In this document: piece by piece, positions 19,311 through 27,089 of the stretch
Layout of the letters: the number at the start of each line of letters is the position of its first letter
Position numbering within the stretch: position 1 is the stretch's first letter
Origin: Myxococcota bacterium
GTDB lineage: Bacteria; Myxococcota_A; Bradymonadia; Bradymonadales; GCA-2716585
DNA: 63,805 nt
Direction of reading: 5' to 3'
Assembly (NCBI GenBank): GCA_963169075.1
Contig: CAUJGC010000434.1
Coordinates: 1 to 63,805 of the forward strand
Notes under the pieces: model-generated
Database searches by the model: none
Seen by the model: the letters and a program-made list of their open reading frames with translations, nothing else
What the model was told of the DNA's origin: nothing
Translations under genes and position numbers: made by a program

Positions 19311-22300
19311 ATGGACGACCCCACCCGCTCCACCGCCGACCTTGATGACGACCCCTTCGACGCCCTCCTCAAAGCGCTGGCGCACGTCTCCCACCTCCCC
19401 CTCGACGCGCTCCACCCGCGCCCCCAGCCCGCCCCAGGCGAGGTGATCGACGAGCACCTGGAGCTGCTCCACCCCCTCGGAGAGGGCGGCATGGGCGTCG
19501 TCTTCGCCGCCCGCGACCTCCGCCTCGGGCGCCGCGTCGCCGTCAAGCTCCTCCGCCTCGACGCCCGCTCCCCCAGGCAACGCCAGGACGCCCTCCGCGC
19601 CTTCGAGCGCGACGGCGCCGCCACCGCACGACTCCAACACCCCGGCGTCGTCACCGTCCACCACCTCGGCGTCTGGCGTCAGGTCCCCTTCCTCGTCCTG
19701 GAGCTGCTCCACGGGCGCGAGCTGGCCCAGCTCCTCCGCGAGCGACGCCTCACCCCGCGCGAGGTCCTCCGCTTCGGACTCCAGATCGCCAGCGCCCTCG
19801 ATCATGCACACACTCAGGGCGTTATCCATAGAGATCTCTCATCCAGAAACATCTTCGTCCTCGACGACGGACAGCTCAAGATCCTCGACTTCGGCCTCGC
19901 CGCACTCCAGGCCCACGCCGACCACCCCGACGCCTCCACACCGCCGCCCCTCCGCGCAGGCACCCCCGCCTACATGGCCCCCGAGCAGTGGCGCGGCCTC
20001 CCCCAGGACGCCCGCTGCGACCTCTGGGCCCTCGGCGTCCTCCTCTACGAGGCCACCTGCGGCGACCTCCCCTTCCACCACCTCCCCCAGGACCTCCTCC
20101 GCGACCCCGCGCCGCCGCGACCCAGCGATCACCCCGACGCCTCCACCCACCTCCTCGACGACCTCATCACGCGCCTCCTCCAGACCGACCCCGAACGACG
20201 CCTCCCCACTGCACGCCTCGCCATCGACGCCCTCCGCGACGCCGAGGCCCACCTCCTCGGCGGACCCGCCGCCGAGCGCGACCCCTTCCGCTTCCTCGAC
20301 CCCTTCGACGAAGACGACGCACCCTGGTTCTTCGGACGCGACCGCGAGCTGGGACGACTCCTCGCCCTCGCCACGAGCCACCCCCTCGCCGCACTCGTCG
20401 GACCCTCCGGCGCCGGCAAGACCTCCCTCCTCCGCGCAGGCCTCGCCGCACACCTCCGCGAGCAGCGACCCGCGCCCCTCCTCCTCACCCTGCGACCCGG
20501 CCCACAACCCCTCCACGCCCTCGCCAACGCCCTCCGCGCCCTCCCCGACCCGCCCTCCCCCAGCGACCTCCTCCGCGCCCCCGGCGCCGCAGGCGCCGCC
20601 CTCCGCGCCCACGCCCCACCCGGCGGCGCCTGGCTCCTCATCGACCAGCTCGAAGAGCTCTACACCCACGGCGCCGCGCCGCCCGAACAAGCCGCCTTCG
20701 CCAGCGCCCTCGCCGCCGTCGCGGACGACCCCCGCGGACCCCTCCGCGTCGTCCTCACCCTCCGCGATGACCACCTCCACCGCCTCAACGCCCACCCCGA
20801 CCTCCGCGACCTCGCCCTCGCCGCGCTCCTCCCCCTCGGCCCGCCACCCGAAGACGCCCTCCGCGACGCCCTCACACGCCCCCCCGAGCGCCTCGGCTAC
20901 CGCCTGGAGGACGGCCTCGACCACGACCTCCTCCGCGACCTCCTCCAGCACCCCCTCCCCCTCCCCCTCCTCCAGCTCGCCGCCTCCCACCTCTGGCAGC
21001 GACGCGACACCGCGCGCAAGCTCCTCCGACGCGACGACCTCCGCGACCTCGGCGGCGTCCCCGGCATCCTCGCCGCTCACGCCGAGGCCGCCCTCGACGC
21101 ACTCGACGCCCTCGACCCACGCGGCGGACGCGACCTCGCCCGCGACCTCCTCACCCGCCTCGTCACCCCCTCCGGCGCACGGCGCGCCCTCCCACCCGCC
21201 CGCCTCCTCGACCACCACCCCGACCCCGCACGCGCCGCGCGCGCCCTCGAACACCTCACCCAGGCGCGCCTCCTCGCCAGGACGCGCGACCCCCACGGCG
21301 CGCCCGCCCTGGAGCTGGCCCATGACGCCCTCCTCACCGCCTGGCCGCGCCTCCTCCGCTGGCTCCAGGAGGGCCGCGACGAGCGGCTCCTCCTCCGCGC
21401 CCTCGAAGACGCCGCGCTCCACTGGGAGGCCGCCAGACGCCCCGACGGCCTCCTCTGGCGAGGCCCACACCTCGACGCCCTCCTCGCCAGCCTCCACCGC
21501 CTCGAACTCCCAACCCCCACACGACCCTTTGTCCTCGCCGCCGAGCGACTCCAGCGCCGCACCCGACGCCTCCGACGCGCCGCCTCCCTCGCCGCCCTCC
21601 TCACCGCCCTCGCCGTCGCCTCCGGCGCCGCCGTCGCCCTCCTCGAGATCGACGCCCAGCGCCAGCGCGCCGAGGAGAGCGCCCAGCGCGCCATCGCCCA
21701 GCGACAGCGCGCCCAGCGCGCCCAGCGCCAGGCCGAAGAGCTGGCCGAGAGCATGCTCTCCGACCTCTCCGACGCCCTCGTCCCCCTCGGGCGCCTCGAC
21801 CTCCTCGAACGCATCGCCTACAGCGTCCAGCGCTACCTCGACGCCACCCCACACCCCGACGGCGACGACCTCGCCAGCGCCCTCCGACAGCGCGCCGTCA
21901 CCCTGCGCCTCCTCGGAGAGCTGGCCCAGAGCCGCGGCGAACTCGCCACCGCCGAGGCACGCTACCGCGAGAGCCTCCGCACCCTCCACGACCTCCCACC
22001 CGAGCACCTCGACACACCACGCCTCCAGCGCGAGGTCGCCACCACCTCCAGGCGCCTCGGCAACGCCCTCGCGGAGCGCGGCGACTTCGCTGGCGCACGC
22101 GACGCCTTCCAGCAGGCCCTCGACGCCATCCTCCCCGCCGCCTCCGCCTGGGGCGCCGAACCCCGCGCCCTCGAAGAGCTCGCCCTCTCCTTCTACGCCC
22201 TCGGCAACCTCGACCTCGAACAGCACCTCCTCGACGACGCCGCCGACCGCTACGCCGAAGGACAGCGCCTCTACCTCCGCCTCACCACACGCGCCCCACA

Positions 22301-23216
22301 CCAACCCGAGTGGCGGCGCGGCCTCGCCGTAAGCTACGAAAAACTCGGGGATGTCGAGCAGGCACGCCAGCGCAGCCCCCAGGCCGAAGCCCTCTACCGC
22401 ACCGGCCTCGAACACGCCCGCGACGTCGCCAACACCGACCCCCGCAACGTCGCCTGGCGACGCGACGTCGCCGTCCTCTACGAGCGCCTCGGAGACGCCT
22501 GCATGGACCAGGGACGCTTCGACGAGAGCGTCAACCTCCACAAGCAGAGCCTCGACATCGTGCGACCCATCGCGGACCTCGACCCCCAGAACGCCGCCTG
22601 GCAGCGCGACCTCGCCATCAGCCACGAGAAGATCGGGGAGGCCTACCACGCCCTCGACAGACCCCAGGACGCCCTCGACGCCTACGCCCAGAGCCTCGTC
22701 ATCACCCGACGCCTCGCCAGCGCAGACCCCCACAACGCCCTCTGGCAGCGCGACCTCGCCATCACCCTCGAACGCATGGGGCGCTTCCTCGACCAGCTCG
22801 AACGACACGACGAGGCCGACGCACACCTCCGCGAAGCCGAAGCCCTCCGCAGGCGCCTCGTCCAGGACGACGCGCCCCACGCCCCCTGGCGCCTGGAGCT
22901 GGCCAACCTCCTCCGACAACGCGCCGAACACCACGCCGCGCGCGGACGCGACGACGACGCACGGCGCGCCCTCCTCGAAGCCCGCGACCTCCTCCTACAC
23001 CTCCTCCAACAACGCGAAGACCCAGACATACGCCTCATTCTGGCCATGACAGAGATGGATTTGTCATCTATAAAGACAACCCCCACCGACGAGCGACGCC
23101 AGCGCCAGCGCGACGCCCTCCAACACCTCCAGCACCTCCACCAGCGCCACCTCCTCAGCGAAGACGACCAGCGCCTCATGGCCGCGCTGGCCCGGGACCT
23201 CGGCCTCCTCCCCTGA
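19311..23216 (+). CDS. Ser/Thr kinase - STAND P-loop NTPase - TM - TPR multidomain protein, 1301 aa
   Basis: Kinase motifs VAVKLL, HRDLSSRNIFV, DFGLA, GTPAYMAPE. P-loop GPSGAGKTSLLRAGL with the preceding FFGRDRE motif typical of STAND NTPases. Single TM (AASLAALLTALAVASGAAVALL). C-terminal array of TPR-like repeats with recurring W(Q/R)RDLA(I/V)S.EK.G. Confidence 0.9.
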   Translation: MDDPTRSTADLDDDPFDALLKALAHVSHLPLDALHPRPQPAPGEVIDEHLELLHPLGEGGMGVVFAARDLRLGRRVAVKLLRLDARSPRQRQDALRAFERDGAATARLQHPGVVTVHHLGVWRQVPFLVLELLHGRELAQLLRERRLTPREVLRFGLQIASALDHAHTQGVIHRDLSSRNIFVLDDGQLKILDFGLAALQAHADHPDASTPPPLRAGTPAYMAPEQWRGLPQDARCDLWALGVLLYEATCGDLPFHHLPQDLLRDPAPPRPSDHPDASTHLLDDLITRLLQTDPERRLPTARLAIDALRDAEAHLLGGPAAERDPFRFLDPFDEDDAPWFFGRDRELGRLLALATSHPLAALVGPSGAGKTSLLRAGLAAHLREQRPAPLLLTLRPGPQPLHALANALRALPDPPSPSDLLRAPGAAGAALRAHAPPGGAWLLIDQLEELYTHGAAPPEQAAFASALAAVADDPRGPLRVVLTLRDDHLHRLNAHPDLRDLALAALLPLGPPPEDALRDALTRPPERLGYRLEDGLDHDLLRDLLQHPLPLPLLQLAASHLWQRRDTARKLLRRDDLRDLGGVPGILAAHAEAALDALDALDPRGGRDLARDLLTRLVTPSGARRALPPARLLDHHPDPARAARALEHLTQARLLARTRDPHGAPALELAHDALLTAWPRLLRWLQEGRDERLLLRALEDAALHWEAARRPDGLLWRGPHLDALLASLHRLELPTPTRPFVLAAERLQRRTRRLRRAASLAALLTALAVASGAAVALLEIDAQRQRAEESAQRAIAQRQRAQRAQRQAEELAESMLSDLSDALVPLGRLDLLERIAYSVQRYLDATPHPDGDDLASALRQRAVTLRLLGELAQSRGELATAEARYRESLRTLHDLPPEHLDTPRLQREVATTSRRLGNALAERGDFAGARDAFQQALDAILPAASAWGAEPRALEELALSFYALGNLDLEQHLLDDAADRYAEGQRLYLRLTTRAPHQPEWRRGLAVSYEKLGDVEQARQRSPQAEALYRTGLEHARDVANTDPRNVAWRRDVAVLYERLGDACMDQGRFDESVNLHKQSLDIVRPIADLDPQNAAWQRDLAISHEKIGEAYHALDRPQDALDAYAQSLVITRRLASADPHNALWQRDLAITLERMGRFLDQLERHDEADAHLREAEALRRRLVQDDAPHAPWRLELANLLRQRAEHHAARGRDDDARRALLEARDLLLHLLQQREDPDIRLILAMTEMDLSSIKTTPTDERRQRQRDALQHLQHLHQRHLLSEDDQRLMAALARDLGLLP

Positions 23217-23306
23217 GCGCCGTTGCGCCCAGGCGCCTTCCGTGACATCCTGAGACGGTCGGGCGCCACGCGCCCTCTTCACCCCCTCTGCGCGGAGACC
23301 CCGGAC

Positions 23307-23771
23307 ATGACGCGACACCTCCTCACCGCTGCGCTCCTCCTGACCACGCTCGCCGCGCTGGCCTGCGGCGACCGCACCCAGGTCAAGGAGGACCCCACGC
23401 CTCCCCAGGTCCAGAGCGACGACGACGACAACGACAAAGACGACGCCCTCCAGGCCTCCGACGCCACCCTCCAACGCATGCGCGTCCTCCGCGCCAACGT
23501 CGACGCGCTCAACCCGCTCCTCGGACGCGATCCCGCCTCCCTCTCCGACACGGAGCGCGCCCAGATCCTCGACCTCCTCGCCGAGATGAACGAGCAGGTC
23601 GACGCCCTCATCCAGGCCGGCCAGACCACCGGACACGCCAACCTCGACGCCAGCCTCGATCAGCTCAAGGCCCAGGTCCAGCGCGCCCAGACCGGCGCAC
23701 AGGCCTCACCCCCCGACTACTTCGAGGCCGCTGGCGTCGCCGCCGCCTGCCTCAACTGCCACGGCAGCTGA
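23307..23771 (+). CDS. Small helical lipoprotein with a C-terminal CxxCH haem-c motif (cytochrome c-prime/class II-like), 154 aa
   Basis: Track ORF trimmed to the ATG at 23307 (MTRHLLTAALLLTTLAALAC, lipobox), with GGAGA upstream. Helical Q/A/L-rich body. Ends ...AACLNCHGS. A C-terminal CxxCH in a ~130-aa helical protein is the class II cytochrome c layout. Function is tentative. Confidence 0.6.
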   Translation: MTRHLLTAALLLTTLAALACGDRTQVKEDPTPPQVQSDDDDNDKDDALQASDATLQRMRVLRANVDALNPLLGRDPASLSDTERAQILDLLAEMNEQVDALIQAGQTTGHANLDASLDQLKAQVQRAQTGAQASPPDYFEAAGVAAACLNCHGS

Positions 23772-24019
23772 ACCACCCCGCCCGCCCCCACATCACCTCA
23801 CCCCCTCCACGCGCCCAAGAATAGACCTTGCGCTCGAGGGGGATTGGTCCCATCCTGACACACCGGCCCGCTTCAGGCGCCGCGCACACCCTCCTCTCTC
23901 CTCCACACCTCCGCCCCCCTTGGCGAATCTTCGCAAGGGGCTCCTCTATGAACACGACCCCAGGCCACAAACGCCCTCACCGCCGCATCTGACCGACTTT
24001 TCACACCAAGGCAGCCCCC

Positions 24020-25564
24020 ATGAGCACCAGGTCCTGTACACCCGACCTTATGATGGAGTCCCTGGATCTCCTCCAGACAGATCACGCCTTCGCCGCCTGT
24101 TTGAGCGAGGCGATCCACCTGCACCACCACCTCCTGGTGTTGACAGGAGAGCGGGAGCCAGCCCAGCTCCTCATCAATCTGGAGCAGGCGCAGGAGCTAC
24201 GCGCCGAGCTGGATCAGCGCCTCCGCGAGCTGGGCCTCGCCACCCTCTCGCTCTTTCACCGCACCAGCGAGGCGCTCATCACCCAGCACGCCCGGCGCCC
24301 CGAACCCGAACCCGAACCCGAACCCGAACCTGAACCCGCACCCGAACCCACGCGAGACCTCAGCGCCCCCGACACCCAACCCCCACCCGCCCTCGTCGCC
24401 CCGACGCCACCCACCGCCCCCCCACGCCCCCAGCTCCCGCCCCCCGAGGCGGTCCCCGTAGACCCCTCCCGCCTCCTCGGCCTCCAGCGCGCCTTCAACG
24501 AGCGCACCCTCGGCGGCACCACCGTCCAGAAGGGCACCATCGACGCCGTGGATCGGGTGGCGACCCGCCTCAACGAGGACGTCCCGCGCCTCAGCGACCT
24601 CAAGAGCGCGCGCGAGGAGATCGCCTTCATCACGCTTCAGAGCATGGACGCTGAGAACAACATCTGGACCCTCCTCCCCCGCGAGATCCAGTTCAGCCTC
24701 CTCTCCACCCTCGCCGCGCGCGCCCGCGCCGCGCAAGACGCCATCGGCAACGACAAGGAGCAGAAGCAGGCCCTGGAGGCCCTCTTCCGACGCCTCTCCC
24801 GCTTCGCCAAGATGGGGCAATCCGGCTTTGTCCACGGCCTCGCCGTCAAGCACGAGCCCAAGTACGGCTCCTGGCGGGACGACGCCCGCCACTGGCACCG
24901 CGAGCTCTTCAAGCAGATCGGGCCCCTCCTCCCCGGACGCGACGACCTCCCCCTGAGCATCAACCCCGGCGAGGCCGCCCGAAGGGTCCAGGCCCTGGTG
25001 GAGAGCGAGCCGGAGAGCGGGACGCTCCAGAAGGAGCTGGTCGCCCTCGTCGAAGAGGGCCTCGACCCCGACACCCGCATCTGCCGCCTCCTCGCACCCC
25101 GGGTCCACGAGCTGGGCGACCCTCGCATCCGCAAGCTCCGCAAGGCCATCCAGCGCCAGCAGGAGGAGGACGAGCAGGACGCCGCCGCCGACCTCCCCTC
25201 CCTCCCCGACGCCTGGCGCGGCTGGCCCCTCGTCAAGGACAAGGAGGCCGTCATCGTCGGCGGCGACGCCCGCGAAGACGTCCGCAAGCGCTACGAGGAG
25301 ATGTTCCAGCTCAAGTCCCTGGAGTGGATCCCCGGAGACAAGGGCCTCCGGCGCATCCAGACCCTGGAGCAGCGCATCGCCCGCGGCGGCGTCGATCTGG
25401 TCTTCGTCCTCATCGACTTCGTCTCCCACTCCATCTCGGACAAGCTCCGCCCCAACTCCCAGAGCGACGCGGTCGTCATGAACGTCCCCAACGGCTACGG
25501 CGCCAACCGCCTCCGCCTCGCCATTGAGCAGGTCATCGACCGGCGCCAGGAGAGCGCCCCCTGA
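24020..25564 (+). CDS. Hypothetical protein with a (Pro-Glu)n linker and a C-terminal DUF2325-like domain, 514 aa
   Basis: C-terminal block AVIVGGDARED...GGVDLVFVLIDFVSHSISDKLR...VVMNVPNGYGANRLRLAIEQV resembles DUF2325. The N-terminal and middle regions are unrecognised. Confidence 0.7.
   Translation: MSTRSCTPDLMMESLDLLQTDHAFAACLSEAIHLHHHLLVLTGEREPAQLLINLEQAQELRAELDQRLRELGLATLSLFHRTSEALITQHARRPEPEPEPEPEPEPAPEPTRDLSAPDTQPPPALVAPTPPTAPPRPQLPPPEAVPVDPSRLLGLQRAFNERTLGGTTVQKGTIDAVDRVATRLNEDVPRLSDLKSAREEIAFITLQSMDAENNIWTLLPREIQFSLLSTLAARARAAQDAIGNDKEQKQALEALFRRLSRFAKMGQSGFVHGLAVKHEPKYGSWRDDARHWHRELFKQIGPLLPGRDDLPLSINPGEAARRVQALVESEPESGTLQKELVALVEEGLDPDTRICRLLAPRVHELGDPRIRKLRKAIQRQQEEDEQDAAADLPSLPDAWRGWPLVKDKEAVIVGGDAREDVRKRYEEMFQLKSLEWIPGDKGLRRIQTLEQRIARGGVDLVFVLIDFVSHSISDKLRPNSQSDAVVMNVPNGYGANRLRLAIEQVIDRRQESAP
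24299..24346 (+). repeat. Hexanucleotide tandem repeat (CCCGAA)n, 8 units, encoding a (Pro-Glu)n linker
   Basis: Five perfect CCCGAA units followed by CCTGAA, CCCGCA and CCCGAA, read directly from the sequence, inside CDS 24020..25564. Confidence 0.9.
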
Positions 25565-25573
25565 GGCCGAACC

Positions 25574-26257
25574 TCAGAACGACACCCCGATGGCCTCACA
25601 CAAAAAGCGCGCGTAGCCTGCCCCGGCCAGGAAGGACGCCTCGACCAGCTCCGGCAGCTCGGGGCTCAACGCCTCCTCGCGGCTCAGCGGGCGCGCGATG
25701 ATGAAGTCCTTGCGCTTGAGCGCCGCGGCGGCGGCGTGATCCTTCGCGTAGCCTCGCGGCACCCGGCTCAACGACTCGCCACCCTCCGCGAAGCCCGCCG
25801 CAGGCAGCGCCGCCGTGAGCTCAAACCACCGCGCGTGCTCCTCCGCGAGCTGGGCGCGCACCTGCTTGAGCGCCTCCGCGGCCGGGCGCCACATCCCAAG
25901 CGCCACAAAGGACTCCTCCGCCGCGAGGTGGACGTAGAGCCCCGGCGCGTGGACGTCCTTCCCCGCCCGATGCCGGAACTGGATCCCCACGTTGGTCTTG
26001 TACGGCGCCTTGTCCTCCGAGAAGCGCACGTCCCGATGGATCCGCATCAGCGACCCGCCCACCTTCCGATCGTCCGCCACAAAGCTGTCCGAGATCCGCC
26101 CCAGCCGCGGCCTCATCGCCCGGATGAACGCCAGCGCCGGCTCCCGCACCGAGCCCTCGTAGCGCGCCTTGTTCGCCTCAAACCACGGACGTGTGTTCTC
26201 ATCCTCAAGCTCGCTCAAAAAACAATACAGATCATCTGAAAACGCATTGAACTCCAC
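25574..26257 (-). CDS. DUF2461 (TIGR02453) family protein, 227 aa
   Basis: Track ORF 25574..27256 trimmed to the GTG at 26257, which is preceded by GGAGG 5 nt upstream. FLSELEDENTRPWFEANKARYE...SLMRIHRDVRFSEDKAPYKTNVGIQF is the characteristic DUF2461 core. Confidence 0.85.
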   Translation of the reverse strand: MEFNAFSDDLYCFLSELEDENTRPWFEANKARYEGSVREPALAFIRAMRPRLGRISDSFVADDRKVGGSLMRIHRDVRFSEDKAPYKTNVGIQFRHRAGKDVHAPGLYVHLAAEESFVALGMWRPAAEALKQVRAQLAEEHARWFELTAALPAAGFAEGGESLSRVPRGYAKDHAAAAALKRKDFIIARPLSREEALSPELPELVEASFLAGAGYARFLCEAIGVSF

Positions 26258-26374
26258 CTGAACCTCCTCGCGCTGACCTCGATGTGCTACGGTGGCCGCT
26301 GAGGTCGGCCTGACCGCATGGCCTCCGGACCTAGCACACCCACGCAGCCCTTGCAATCTGACCAGGGAGCACAG

Positions 26375-27082
26375 ATGAACCGTCCGCTGGTCGTCCTCTT
26401 CGACATCGACGGCACCTTGATCCGCACCGACGGCGCGGGGCGTCGCGGCTTCACCCGCGCGTTCGCGGACGTCTTCGGCGCCCCCGACGCCTTCGCCGGG
26501 ATCGCCTTCTCCGGACGCACCGATCGCTCCCTCCTGGCCGAGGCCGCCCTGGCCGCCCTGGGGCGCCTCCCCACCCCCGCCGAGGCAGACGCCTTCTTCA
26601 CCCGCTACGCCCACCACCTCCCCGAGAGCCTGGAGGCCATGGGCTACGAGGTCCTCCCGGGCGTCTTCGAGACCCTCGACCGCCTCCAGGCCCACCCCCG
26701 CTGCGCCCTCGGCCTCGCCACCGGCAACACCGCCGAAGGCGCCCGCCTCAAGCTCCTCCGCGGCGGCCTCGCCCAGCGCTTCACCTTCGGCGGCTACGGC
26801 TCCGACGACCCCGAGCGCGAGGTCCTCACCCGCCGCGCCCTCGAACGCGGCCTCCGCGCCCTCGACCTCCCACGCCACGAGGTCGAGGTCCTCGTGATCG
26901 GAGACTCCGAGCACGACCTCCGCTGCGCCCACGCCATCCACGCCCACGCCGTCGGCGTCCTCACCGGCTGGACCCCGCGAGAGGCCCTCCTCCCTGAACG
27001 ACCCCACGTCCTCCTCGACGACCTCACCGGCCTCATCCCCTGGATGGAGGCCGCTGGGCTCCTCGACCCGGCGACGCGCTGA
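26375..27082 (+). CDS. HAD-superfamily hydrolase (phosphoglycolate-phosphatase-like), 235 aa
   Basis: Motif I VLFDIDGTL right after the ATG at 26375 (GGGAG upstream). Motif IV-like VIGDSEHDLRCAHA. The track start at 26318 is less likely. Confidence 0.85.
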   Translation: MNRPLVVLFDIDGTLIRTDGAGRRGFTRAFADVFGAPDAFAGIAFSGRTDRSLLAEAALAALGRLPTPAEADAFFTRYAHHLPESLEAMGYEVLPGVFETLDRLQAHPRCALGLATGNTAEGARLKLLRGGLAQRFTFGGYGSDDPEREVLTRRALERGLRALDLPRHEVEVLVIGDSEHDLRCAHAIHAHAVGVLTGWTPREALLPERPHVLLDDLTGLIPWMEAAGLLDPATR

Positions 27083-27089
27083 GCGCAGC

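Noticed and set aside
19831-19838. Recurrent GAGATCTC palindromes (19831, 34016, 42837) and AGATCT cores within the AT-rich coding patches, as a possible methylation or restriction or binding motif
   Set aside because: GAG-ATC-TCx, GAT-CTC and similar are common codon pairs (E-I-S, D-L). AGATCT also occurs at many ordinary sites (for example 5341, 8054, 27600, 50732). Enrichment cannot be established without genome-wide statistics.
19839-22934. 1031-aa minus-strand ORF, plus the alternative-frame plus-strand ORFs 19804..22332 and 19988..20770
   Set aside because: They overlap the kinase-STAND-TPR gene, which has unambiguous kinase and P-loop motifs. These frames give G/E/A/V- or P/S/T/R-rich low-complexity translations.
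19311-23216. Kinase-STAND-TPR protein as an Avs-like antiphage STAND defence gene
   Set aside because: It has no nuclease or other effector domain. It has a TM helix and tight linkage to an ECF sigma factor, which points to signal transduction rather than an abortive-infection module.
25561-25577. Small hairpin CTGAGG-ccgaa-CCTCAG whose arms contain the stop codons of the two convergent genes (possible bidirectional terminator)
   Set aside because: The stem is only 6 bp and there is no U-tract on either strand. This is too weak to call a terminator.
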